From Malacoraja senta (lineage: Eukaryota): DNA of 64,000 nucleotides. Below the pieces are notes generated by a model. It made no database searches. It saw only the letters and a program-made list of their open reading frames with translations, and was not told the DNA's origin. The translations under genes and the position numbers were made by a program. The stretch's first letter is position 1. Each line of letters opens with the position of its first letter. The DNA lies in contig CM075987.1 of the NCBI GenBank assembly GCA_038087875.1, positions 25,112,001-25,176,000 on the forward strand, read 5' to 3'. This document shows positions 24,633 to 35,738 of this stretch, piece after piece.

Positions 24633-26108
24633 AGACTAAGTAGAGATTTCTATTAGATAAATATTCAAACAACTGCAAAATTTTAATTAAATCTGGCTCA
24701 TTACTCACAATTAAATCTAATGTGGCATCGTGGCGTTTTGGTTCCTGGATTTATTGGATTACAATTTCCCCTGCTCCCACAGAAGCGCATTAAATGTTTG
24801 CTTTGTGAGGGGACAAGAACGGTTTGGAAATAGATAAGTACCTGAGCCCTTACTGGATAAGATTTTCCGGCGCTAAGGCCCGTCTTCCGGAAGCCTAGCA
24901 CCAAAGATCGGATAAGTCTGGAATGATTGTTTGGAATCGTGGGGTGGCACCTTGGTGTCGAGGTTGAAAGGTGAAAGGTGAAGGGGTCAGCTGCCCGTGA
25001 TCACTGATGTGATGGTTGATTGGTTGGTACTGGGTGGGTTATCTGGAAGAAGGGTCTCAACCCTAAACGTCACCCATGCCTTCTCTCCGGAGATGCTGCC
25101 TGTCCCGCTGAGTTACTCCAGTTTTTTGTGTCTATCTTGGGTTATCTGCAAGGTATTGCAAATCGTGAAGAAGGTTGACCAAAGTCAAAGGTAGACAAAG
25201 GGAAAATGCTGGAGAAACTCAGCGCGTGCGGCAGCATCTATGGAGCGAAGGAAATAGGCAACGTTTCGGTTCGAAACCCTTCTTCAGACCAAAGTCAAGC
25301 TTGGTAAGTGGGCCAAGGAATGGCAAATGGCGTTCAATTCAGATACATGTGCGGCGTTGCATTTGAGAACTCAAACCAGAACAGGAGCTTCACGGTGAAT
25401 ATGAGGGCCGCTGTACGTCTGTTACTCCCTTCAACACAAGGTTGTTGTTGCTGGATCCATTGTTAGTTTTAAGCCTGAGATTAATACACTCTTGTTAATC
25501 ACACATGTAAAGCTGGCATAGAATGATGAAAAACGAGGACACAGATCCACCATGATTTCATCGAGTCATTAAATAACCTTGGTGTGTTTTGATGATGACT
25601 TATTGTAACTACCTCGTGATGTTCTAACGGCCCCATCACAAAGTCTCTAATTAAAGATTTTACCATATCGCCCACTGCTGATGTTGAGCTAATGTTGATG
25701 TTGAGTTCATACAGCTAGAATTAAACGACGTTGCTTCAGGAAGGAGATCAGGAGCAATTCTTTAGTCAGAGGGTGGTGAATCTGTGGAATTCTTTGCCAC
25801 AGAAGGCTGTGGAGGCCAAGGCAATGGATATTGTTAAGGCAGAGATAGATAGATTCTTGTGTAATAAGGAAGATAGACACAAAAAGCTGGAGTAACTCAG
25901 GCAGCATCTCTGGAGAGAAGGAATGAGTGACGTTTCGGGTCGAGACCCTTCTTCAGGTTCAATAGATTCAATAGGAAAGATTGTTGATTAGTACGGGTGT
26001 CAGGGGTTATGGGGAGGAGGCAGGAGAATGGGGATGAGAGGAAAAGATAGACTAGCCATGATTGAATGGTGGAGCAGACGATGGACCGATTGGCTTAATT
26101 CTGCTCCT

Positions 26109-26598
26109 TTTTTTTTTCTTCTTTTTTTTCTTTTTTTTCAGCGAATGCAAAGTCCTTTACCCATGCAGTTGCCTCTTGTTCTGCTGTATGAAGGGCGACA
26201 AGTCCTCCTTTAAGTCTTTTTTGAGGGCATGAGAGTTGGGTCAGCCAGGTTAGAGCTCAGGGGCCCAGGTGTTTCATGAACTCTGGAGAGATGTTATCAT
26301 AACCTGCTGCCTTTCCACATTTCAGGCCCTGCAGGACCTTCTCCAGTTCAGCCACCTCGAAGGGCTCAGGGTTTCTTTCCTTTCCAGGTGTTCGTCGAAG
26401 TGTTAGTATTCGGAGAGCAGGTCCAACAGCCAGGTGCTCTTGAGGCTGGTCGTTGTTGCTGCTTTCGGCTTTGGGATAATGACTAGGATTCTTTGACTTG
26501 GCTCTCAGGCGTCGTCTTGTAGAATTTAGTCTGCTGGTAGGATCATTGGCTTCCCCAGGTGAGCCTGGGTACTGACGGGGGGCGCGACTAGAACACTG
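26109..26598 (-). mobile_element. Internally deleted Ingi/Vingi-like non-LTR element with poly(A) tail
   Basis: TSD ATTCTGCTCCT (26098-26108, 26599-26609); poly-T 26109-26138; RT-start remnant PFEVAELEKVLQGLKCGKAAGYDNISPEFMKHLGP*ALTWL (about 26240-26370); Pr77-like 5' end. Confidence 0.75.
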
Positions 26599-26600
26599 AT
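26540..26600 (-). ncRNA. HDV-like ribozyme of Ingi/L1Tc (Pr77) type, 5' P1 strand missing
   Basis: Minus strand ATCA-GTG-TTCTAGT-CGC-GCCCCCC-GTCAGTA-CCCAGG-CTCA-CCTGGG-GAAGCCAA-TGATCC, read as P2, P3, L3, P3', P1', J1/4, P4, J4/2, P2'. Confidence 0.75.
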
Positions 26601-26624
26601 TCTGCTCCTATCGCATGACCTTAT

Positions 26625-27627
26625 TGTAAAGACTTGTCAAACACGTAGTGTCTTCACTCTTAGTTTATTGCATCCATTGTAGTCGTGTACACACATATTG
26701 CCCTAGCTGTTCGTGGTCCGTTACCGGAGCTAGAGAGCGAGCTAGGGGTGGGAAGGTTACAATTATACTGAAGATAATGGGGAGTGGTTAGTAGTGGTGA
26801 GGTCATTATGTTAAAGGAACATGCACGGCTCTACATCCTTCCCCTTGAAAAGGGAAACATTACAATGATGACAGTGAGACCACGACTCATACGCTAGACA
26901 CAAATCCGTGCGTACATCGTCAGGAAAAACTTGAAACATTCAAACAAACTCCCCGTAACGTTCAGGCGGCTTGACCAGACGCCCGGAGCGGGTACGCAGC
27001 CCGCCTTCCCCCCCCTCCGAAGGAAGGGCAGGTACAGGAGCAGGAGGGGCGACAGGGGATCCGAGAGGAGAATGAGCAGGAGAGGGAGGATGAGGAGACC
27101 GGGGGGAGAAACGGGCCCCGCAACGGGCACGCGAGCGGGAGAGGTTTGATGGGGGGGGCCAGGAGGAGCAGCGGGAGAACGGGGCACCAAGGGTCGCGAG
27201 GGCAGAGTCCTGGGCATGGGAGGAGCGGTAGGCAACGAGGTGGCAACCGGGGGAGCAAACGGGGCTGCGGGAGGCGGAGCGGGCTCGTTGACCGGCAGCA
27301 AATGCTGGCGGGACCGGCGGTAGATGGTGCCCTCGTAGTCAACTAGGTAAGAGCGCGGAGAGTCTGCAAAGTCGATGACAACAGCCAAGCGGTGGTGTCC
27401 GGAGGGGGACTGCATCCGGACGACCTGGCCCTTGAAGAGGGGCTGAAGGGGACGGCATGACTTGTCGTGGGAGCGCTTCTGGACGACCTGTTTCTGGGTA
27501 ATGCGCTCCTGGACAGCAGCAGGGCTGCGGACTGCGGGCTGTAGGGATCGCTGGGAGACAGGGATAGGAGGGCGAGTGGTTAGTAGTGGTGACGTCATTA
27601 TGTTAAAGGAACATGCACGGCTCTACA
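26625..27627 (-). mobile_element. Internally deleted Gypsy LTR retrotransposon
   Basis: 5-bp TSD CTTAT (26620-26624, 27628-27632); 3' LTR 26625-26835 (TG..CA, AATAAA) preceded by PPT AAGGGGAAGGA; partial 5' LTR about 27573-27627; integrase C-terminus SPRSYLVDYEGTIYRRSRQHL. Confidence 0.85.
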
Positions 27628-28222
27628 CTTATCACCTTACAATTCTGTTTTCTCTTTGAAAATCAGAGTTACATTTGTTAACGACTGCTCAAAATGCAAC
27701 GAATTGTGGAAGATAAAATAAAGCATTCCATCACAACGCATCTTTCTAGCTTAGTAAAATATTGTTGATTTTAATTTCATTAATTTCTCTTGTACTGCTA
27801 TATTAGCATTAATTCAGTTCATTATCCTCATTTGACCACCTAGTTCATTGTTTTTAGCAATAATATTTGCCATGCTTTACACTGTGATGTCAGATCTAGA
27901 ATTCTTGTCTCAACCATCTGACATTTGACAATAGGCCATTTGTAAATAATCCATTATAATTTCCATTAGTCCATTATAATTTTTTGTTTAATTTAGTGAT
28001 ACGTCGCGGAAACAGGCCCTTTGGCCCACCGAGTCCGCGTTGGCCAGTGATCTCCGCACACTAACACTATCCTACACACACTCGGGACTATTTATAATTT
28101 TATACAAGCCAATTAACCACTCTTTAGAGTGTGTGAGGAAACCGGAGCACCCGGAGAAAACCCACACGGGTCACAGGGGGAACCTGCAAACCCAATACAG
28201 ACAGCGCCCATGGTCAGGATTA

Positions 28223-31070
28223 GAAACATAGAAACATAGAAAATAGGTGCAGGAGTAGGCCATTCGGCCCTTCGAGCCTGCACCGCCATTCAATATGATC
28301 ATGGCTGATCATCCAACTCAGTATCCTGTACCTGCTTTCTCTCCATACCCCGTGATCCCTTTAGCCACAAGGGCCACATCTAACTCCCTCTTAAATATAG
28401 TCAATGAACTGGCCTCAACTACATTCTGTGGCAGAGAATTCCAGAGATTCACCACTCTCTGTGTAAAAAATGTTTTTCTCATTTCAGTCCTAAAGATTTC
28501 CCCTTTATCCTTAAACTGTGACCCCTTGTTCTGGACTTCCCCAACATCGGGAACAATCTTCCTGCATCTAGCCTGTCCAACCCCTTAAGGATTTTGTACG
28601 TTTCTATAAGATCCCCCCTCAATCTTCTAAATTCTAGCGAGTACAAGCCGAGTCTATCCAGTCTTTCTTCATATGAAAGTCCTGACATCCCAGAAATCAA
28701 ATCAACCTTTATTGTCATCTTGCAAGCAACAGTTGTACAGTGCAAAATGAAAAGAAGTTTCCCAGGGGATACCGGAGCATCGCACATGAAATTTAAAACA
28801 TTTCACACATAATAACACTAAAAGCAATCCAGTCCCTGATGGTCCTTGTCTGTCTGGTGATCCTTCTCTGTACTCCCTCTATGGCAAGAATGTCCTTCCT
28901 CAGATTAGGAGACCAAAACTGTATGCAATACTCCAGGTGTGGTCTCACCAAGACCCTGTACAACTGCAGTAGAACCTCCCTGCTCCTACACTCAAATCCT
29001 TTTGCTATGAATGCTAACACACCATTCGCTTTCTTCACTGCCTGCTGCACCTGCATGCCTGCTTTCAATGACTGGTGTACCATGACACCCAGGTCTCGTT
29101 GCATCTCCCCTTTTCCTAATCGGCCACCATTCAGGAAATAGTCTACTTTCCTGTTTTTGCCACCAAAGTGGATAACCTCACATTTATCCACATTAAACTG
29201 CATCTGCCATGCATTTTCCCACACCCAGCCTATCCAAGTCATCTTGCAGCCTCCTAGCATCCTCCTCACAGCTAACACTGCCCCCCAGCTTCGTGTCATC
29301 CGCAAACTTGGAGATGTTGCATTCAATTCCCTCGTCCAAATCATTAATATATATTGTAAATAGCTGGGGTCCCAGCACTGAGCCTTGCGGTACCCCACTA
29401 GTCACCGCCTGCCATTCTGAAAAGGACCCGTTAACTCCTACTCTTTGCTTCCTGTCTGCCAGCCAGTTCTCTATCCACATCAATACTGAACCCCCAATAC
29501 CGTGTGCTTTAAGTTTGTATACTAATCTCTTATGTGGGACCTTGTCGAATGCCTTCTGAAAGTTCAGATATAGCACATCCACTGGTTCTCCCTTATCCAC
29601 TCTACTAGTTACATCCTGGAAAAATTCTATAAGATTCGTCAGACATGATTTACCTTTCATAAATCCATTCTGACTTTGTCCAATGATTTCACCACTTTCC
29701 AAATGTGCTGCTATCCCATCTTTAATAACTGACTCTAGCAGTTTCACCACTATTGATGTTAGACTAACTGGTCTGTAATTCCCTGTTTTCTCTCTCCCTC
29801 CCTTTTTAAAAAGTGGGGTTACATTAGCTACCCTCCAATCCTCAGGAACTACTCCAGAATCTAAAGAATTTTGAAAAATTATCACAAATGCATCCACTAT
29901 TTCTGGGGCTACTTCCTTAAGTACTCTGGGATGCAGCCTATCTGGCCCTGGGGATTTATCGGCCTTTAATCCATTCAATTTACCTAACACCACTTCCCGG
30001 CTAACCTGGATTTCACTCAGTTCCTCCATCTCATTTGACCCCCGGTCCCCTGCCATTTCCGGCAGATTAATTAAGTCTTCCTTAGTGAAGACAGAACCAA
30101 AGTAATTATTCAATTGGTCTGCCATGTCCTTGTTCCCCATGATCAATTCACCTGTTTCTGACTGCAAGGGACCTACATTTGTTTTAACTAATCTTTTTCT
30201 CTTCACATATCTATAAAAATGTTTGCAGTCAGTTTTTATGTTCCCTGCCAGTTTTCTTTCATAACCTATTTTCCCTTTCCTAATTGAGCCTTTTGTCCTC
30301 CTCTGCTGGTCTCTGAATTTCTCCCAGTCCTCTGGTAGGCTGCTTTTTCTGGATAATTTGTATACTTCATCTTTTGTTTTGATACTATCCCTGATTTCCC
30401 TTGTTATCCACGGATGCACTACCTTCCCTGATTTATTCTTTTGCCAAACTGGAATGGACAATTGTTGTAGTTCATTCATGCAGCCTTTAAATGCCTTCCA
30501 TTGCATATCCACCGTCAACCCTTTAAGAATCAATTGCCAGTCTATCTTGGCCAATTCACGTCTCATACCCTCAAAGTTACCTTTCTTTAAGTTCCGAACC
30601 CTTGTTTCTGAATTAATTATGTCACTCTCCATCCTAATGAAGAACTCAACCATATTATGGTCACTCTTGCCCAAGGGGCCACGCACAACAAGACTGTTAA
30701 CTAACCCTTCCTCATTACTCAATACCCAGTCTAGAATAGCCTGCTCTCTCGTTGGTTCCTCTACATGTTGGTTTAGAAAACTATCCCACATACATTCCAA
30801 AAAATCCTCTTCCTCAGCACCCCTGCCAATTTGATTCACCCAATCTATATGTAGATTGAAGTCACCCATTATAACTGTTTTACCTTTGTTGCACGCATTT
30901 CTAATTTCCTGTTTGATGCCATCCCCAACTCCACTACTACTGTTAGGTGGCCTGTACACAACACCCACTAGCGTTTTCTGCCCCTTAGTGTTTCGCAGCT
31001 CTACTCATATTGATTCCACATCCTCCAAGCTAATATCCTTCCTTCCCATTGCGTTAATCTCCTCTCTAAC
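28223..31070 (-). mobile_element. CR1-clade (HER1-related) LINE, 5' truncated, inserted in a V-SINE
   Basis: APE-EN motifs (YRPP, GDFN, SDH) plus RT; (TTTCTATG)n tail; V-SINE halves at about 27985-28221 and 31071-31120; small insertion about 28698-28851. Confidence 0.95.
29193..30968 (-). pseudogene. CR1 ORF2 (endonuclease/reverse transcriptase), frameshifted near 29220
   Basis: 591-aa ORF with [34 protein letters not shown]; continues in the 28793-29398 frame. Confidence 0.9.
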
Positions 31071-31464
31071 CTGGGTTGAACCTGGGTCAGTGGCACTGGA
31101 AGGCAGCAACTCTACCCCATGACATTTCTCTTGACATTTCTCCAAGAGGCCAATGTTTGTTTTGGGTCAATTTGCTTTTAAATTGCCTCATTCTTCTTAT
31201 TGATTTCTTGATTACTCATTGTTGATCTTTAAAATCCACCCAATCCCCCATTATAATGTTACTGAACTCAATACCATATTTCCATTCTCTTATTACACCC
31301 ATTTATAACTGTAGTCTAGAAATCTATGTGACCTTCTAAAGCATATTCAATAACTTCAGGCGGAGGTTGGTGGGTGTATGGAACGAGCTGCCGGAGGAGG
31401 TAGGGACTATTGCAACATTTAAGAAACAGTTGGACAGTTACATGGATAGGACAGGTTTGGAGGG

Positions 31465-31747
31465 AAACATGGCCATCGACCCACCGGGTCCGCGTCGACC
31501 AGCGATCCCCGCACATTGACACTATCCTACACCCACTAGGGACATTTTTACATTTACCAAGCCAATCAACCTGCACACTTGTATGTGTGTTTAGAGTGTG
31601 GGAGAAAACCAAAGTTCTCGTAGAAAACCCACGCAGTTCTCGGGGAGAACGTACAAACTCCGTACAGACAGCACCAGTAGTCAGGATTGAACCCGGGTCT
31701 CCGGCGCTGCATTCGTTGTAAGGCAGCGCTGTGTCTCCGTGCGCCAT
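31465..31747 (-). mobile_element. HE1-like V-SINE
   Basis: Head and V-domain on the minus strand. Confidence 0.75.
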
Positions 31748-32118
31748 CTGGAGGTGTGCTTTTTCACGCTTCTATATTGCTCAATAAGAGGGGGGGTGGG
31801 GGAGGGGGAAAGGGAGAGTGACTGGGGTGGGACTGGTCCTCGATTATGCTGGTGACGGCGGGAAGTGTAGATGGAGTCAACGGAAGGGAGGTTGGTTTGC
31901 GTGCTGGTCTGGGCTGCGTCCGCAAATCTCTGCCATTTCTTGCAGACTTTCGCCTTCATTCGATGGGGGTGGTGTCGATCTTGTGGATCAAGGTCGCAGG
32001 ATATGGACCAAGACATTTGAGGCTGTGAGGGGAAATTTCCGCAGTCCGCTGTGGCTGTGAAATTCTTTACCAGGTGCCAAGTCTTCAATGTGCTTGAAGA
32101 ACCGGTTGATAGATTTGT

Positions 32119-32415
32119 GGGCGGCACGGTGGCGCAGCGGTAGAGTTGCTGCCTGGCAGCACCAGCGACCCGGGTTCGATCCTGACTACGGGTGCTGTCT
32201 GTACGGAGTTTCTACCTTTCTCCCCGTGAGTTTTCTTCAAGACCTTCAGTTTCCTCCCGCACTCCAAAGACTCCACATTTGTAGGTTAATTTACTTGGGT
32301 AAAAATGTAAAATTGTCCCTAGTGTGTGTAGGATAGTGTTAATGTGTGGGGATCGCTGGTCGGAGCGGATTCGGTGGGCAGAAGGGCCTGTATCTCTAAA
32401 CTAAATTAAACTAAA
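32119..32415 (+). mobile_element. HE1-like V-SINE (full length)
   Basis: A/B boxes, V-domain, (AAACT)n tail. Confidence 0.85.
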
Positions 32416-34087
32416 CATTCAAAACAGCAAGGGTATGGGGGGGAAGATCAGGAATGTGATATTGAGACAGAGGATTGACCATAAAACATTCCTCTTTCCA
32501 TTAACTGTCATTAAGAAATTCTCATTATGAAACATACCACAATCTAACAAGACATTTCTCACATCGTTCTGGAGGAAGACTTTTAAATTAACTTAGAAAA
32601 TCTCCAAAATAAGGAGGAAAATGGCAACCATAAATTTACGAATCCATAATTATAAGGCCCCATTTAATATCACAATTGCAATTTAGCTTTTAAGATTCCA
32701 GCATCAGCCTCCCTAATCTGTCTAAACTATTCCGATTTTACATTTTAACTGCAGTAAAACAGAGAGGTGGCGAAAAGGAAATATAACATGACCTTGAATC
32801 GAATCACATTCCACTGATTAATAAATTTACAGATGATTATATATTACCTAATTATATTGCAGATTCCATTATTGGATTACAGTAATTATACCTATAATAC
32901 CTAATAATGCTTAAATGATCTATATTCATCTGTGTGTTATTATATCTTAGTAAGATCCATTCAATCCACTAAATGGCAAACTTTCATATTCGCATGTTGT
33001 TTCTGAAGGATAAAACTAAAGGCTCAGGTTGCCAAGGTTCTTTCATCCAACTGATCTTATCTTCATGTAATACCATGGGCTTCATCATCTTCACATCTCA
33101 CCATCTGATTTATTCTTTAATTATGGCCAACAACCTAACTTCTTCCACCCTTTCAAACTCCTCATTTCAGCCATCAATCATTCTACCTGTAAGGAATTCC
33201 TCCCTTGCCTCTATAGTAAACTTATTCCAAACACCTTGTGCTTCATGGCTCTGTCACTCCTGCAAGAAAAAATATTGTTTAGGTGTCTTTTCTCAGTGTC
33301 ATTAAGTACCTAGAGTCATTCATAGAGTCACAGAGTATGGAAACAGGCCCTTCAGCCCGACTTGATCACACTGACCAACATGTCCCAGCTACACGAGTCC
33401 CACCTGCCTACATTTGGCCCATAACCCCTCTAAACCTGTCTTATCCATGTACCTGTCTAATTGTTTCTTAAACGTTGCGATAGTCCCTGCCTCAACTATC
33501 TCCTCCGGCAGCTTGTTCCATACACCCGCCACCCTTTGTGTGGAAAAAGTTGCCCCTCGGATTCCTATTAAATCCTTTCGCCTTCTCCTTAAACCTGTCC
33601 TCTGGTCGTCGACTCCCCTGCTCTGGCCAAGAGATTGCCCGAGTCTTCCCGATCTATGCCTCTCACGGTTCAATACACCTCAAGACCAGAATCTGTATAA
33701 ATTTCTCACTGAATCATGTTTTTTCTTAAAAAATGTTTAATTCCAGCCAAAATGTTGTCAAATACAGCAAAAGAATGTTCCTTGAGAGGGAACTGGAAAC
33801 AAAAAGACTGGAATACCATGAGCTGGAGGAACTCAGTGGGTCAGGCAACATCTGTGGAGGAAATGTTTCGATATTTCAGGTTGGGATCTTTCTTCAGATT
33901 GATAGTCGTAGGGTGAAGATAGCTGGAAAAGCGAAGTGGGGGTGGGACTAAGCCTGGCAGGTGATAGGTCAGAGTCATAGAGGAAACAGGCCCTTCGGCC
34001 CAACTTGCCCACACCAACATGAGGCAGCTATACTAGTCCCACCTGCCTACGTTTGGTCCACATCCATCCAAACCTGTCCTATCCATG

Positions 34088-34947
34088 GCTATCTGGACTA
34101 CACGTCTTCCCACCCTGCTTCCTGTAAAGAGTCCATCCCCTGCTCCCAATTCCTCAGTCTACGCTGCTTCTGCACCCAGGATGAGGTGTTCCACACCAGG
34201 GCATCGGAGATGTCCTCATTCTTCAGGGAATGGGTGTTCCCCTCTTTGACTATAGATGAGGTTCTCATCAGGGTCTCTTCTATACCCCATGACTCTGCTC
34301 TCACTCCCCATCCCCCCACTCGTAACAAGGGCAGAGTCCCCCTAGTCCTCACCTTCCACCCTACCAGCCGTCACATACAACAAATAATCCTCCGACATTT
34401 TTGCCACCTCCAACGTGATCCCACCACTTGCAACATCTTCCCATCTCCTCGCCTGTCTGCTTTCCGCAGAGACCGCTCCCTCCGTAACTCCCTGGTCAAT
34501 TCGTCCCTTCCCACCCGAACCCCCTCTCCGGGAACTTTCCCTTGCAACCGCAAGAAATGCTACACTTGTCGCTTTACCTCCCCCCTTGACTCCATTCAAG
34601 GAACCAAGCAGTCTTTCCAGGTGCAGCAGAGGTTCACCTGCACCTCCTCCAACCTCATCTATTGCATCCGCTGCTCTAGTTGTCAGCTGCTCTACATCGG
34701 TGAGACCAAGCGTAGGCTTGGCGATCGTTTTGCCGAACACCTCCGCTCGGTTCGCAATAACCAACCTGATCTCCCGGTGGCTCTGCACTTCAACTCCCCC
34801 TCCCATTCCGAATCAGACCTTTCTATCCTGGGCCTCCTCCATGGCCAGAGTGAGGTCCACCGTAAATTGGAGGAGCAGCACCTCCTATTTTGCTTGGGTA
34901 GTTTGCACCCCAGCGGTATGAACATTGACTTCTCTAATTTCAGGTAG
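34088..34947 (+). pseudogene. PLE RT thumb/linker plus GIY-YIG endonuclease (5' truncated, open to stop)
   Basis: YLDYTSSHP, Cys linker CNRKKCYTC, NLIYCIRCSSCQLLYIGETKRRLGDRFAEH, LEEQ..GMN. Confidence 0.9.
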
Positions 34948-35122
34948 TCCCTACTTTCTCCTCCCCTTCTCAGCTCTCCCTCAGCCCACTGGCTCCACTT
35001 CTTCCTTTCTTCTTCCCACCCCCACATCAGTCTGAAGAAGGATCTCGATCCGAAACGTTGCCCATTTCCTTCGCTGCACAGATGTTGTCTCACCCGCTGA
35101 GTTTCTCCAGCATTTTTGTCTA
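34088..35122 (+). mobile_element. Penelope-like element (Neptune-type), 5' truncated
   Basis: 9-bp TSD CTATCCATG (34079-34087, 35123-35131) inside a HER1-type fragment; 3' region with CTGAAGAAGGATCTCGATCCGAAACGTT hammerhead-type motif. Confidence 0.9.
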
Positions 35123-35738
35123 CTATCCATGTACCTGTCTAATTGTTACTTCAACGTTGGGACAGTTCCAGCCTCAACTACCTCCTCTGGCAGCTTGTTC
35201 CATACAACCACCACCCTTCGTGTGAAAAAGTTACCCCTCAGATTCCTATTAAATCTTTTCCCCTTCACCTTAAACCTATGTCCTCTGGTCCTCGATTCAC
35301 CTACTCTGGGCAAGAGACTCTGCGTCTACCCAATTTATTCCTCTCATAATTTTATCATGGTTGAGGGTTGAGGTCCCGACCACGGGGGAAAATGGAGGAG
35401 GACTGGCCAAATTTTGTGCCTTCCACCACAGTGATGAATGCTGTGGTGGGTGTTTGTGTTAAATTTTTGTTGTGTTTTTGTGTGTTTTTTTTTCATTGTA
35501 CCATTGCTGGCAAATTTATTTCACTTGCACTTTATGTGCAAGTGCCGAATAAAACTGATATTGATATTGATTATACACTGGTGGAAGAAGGAATTGCAGA
35601 TGCTGGTTTAAATTGAAGATTTAATTTAAACCAGTGTCTCAACCCAAAGAAGGGTCTCAACCCAAAACGTCACCTAATTCCTTTTCTCCAGAGATGCTGT
35701 CAGACCCGCAGAGTTACTCCAACTTTTTGTGTCTATCT

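Noticed and set aside
26894..27598. 234-aa Pro-rich ORF as a host gene
   Set aside because: Lies wholly within the deleted Gypsy element; its start codon comes from the LTR stub.
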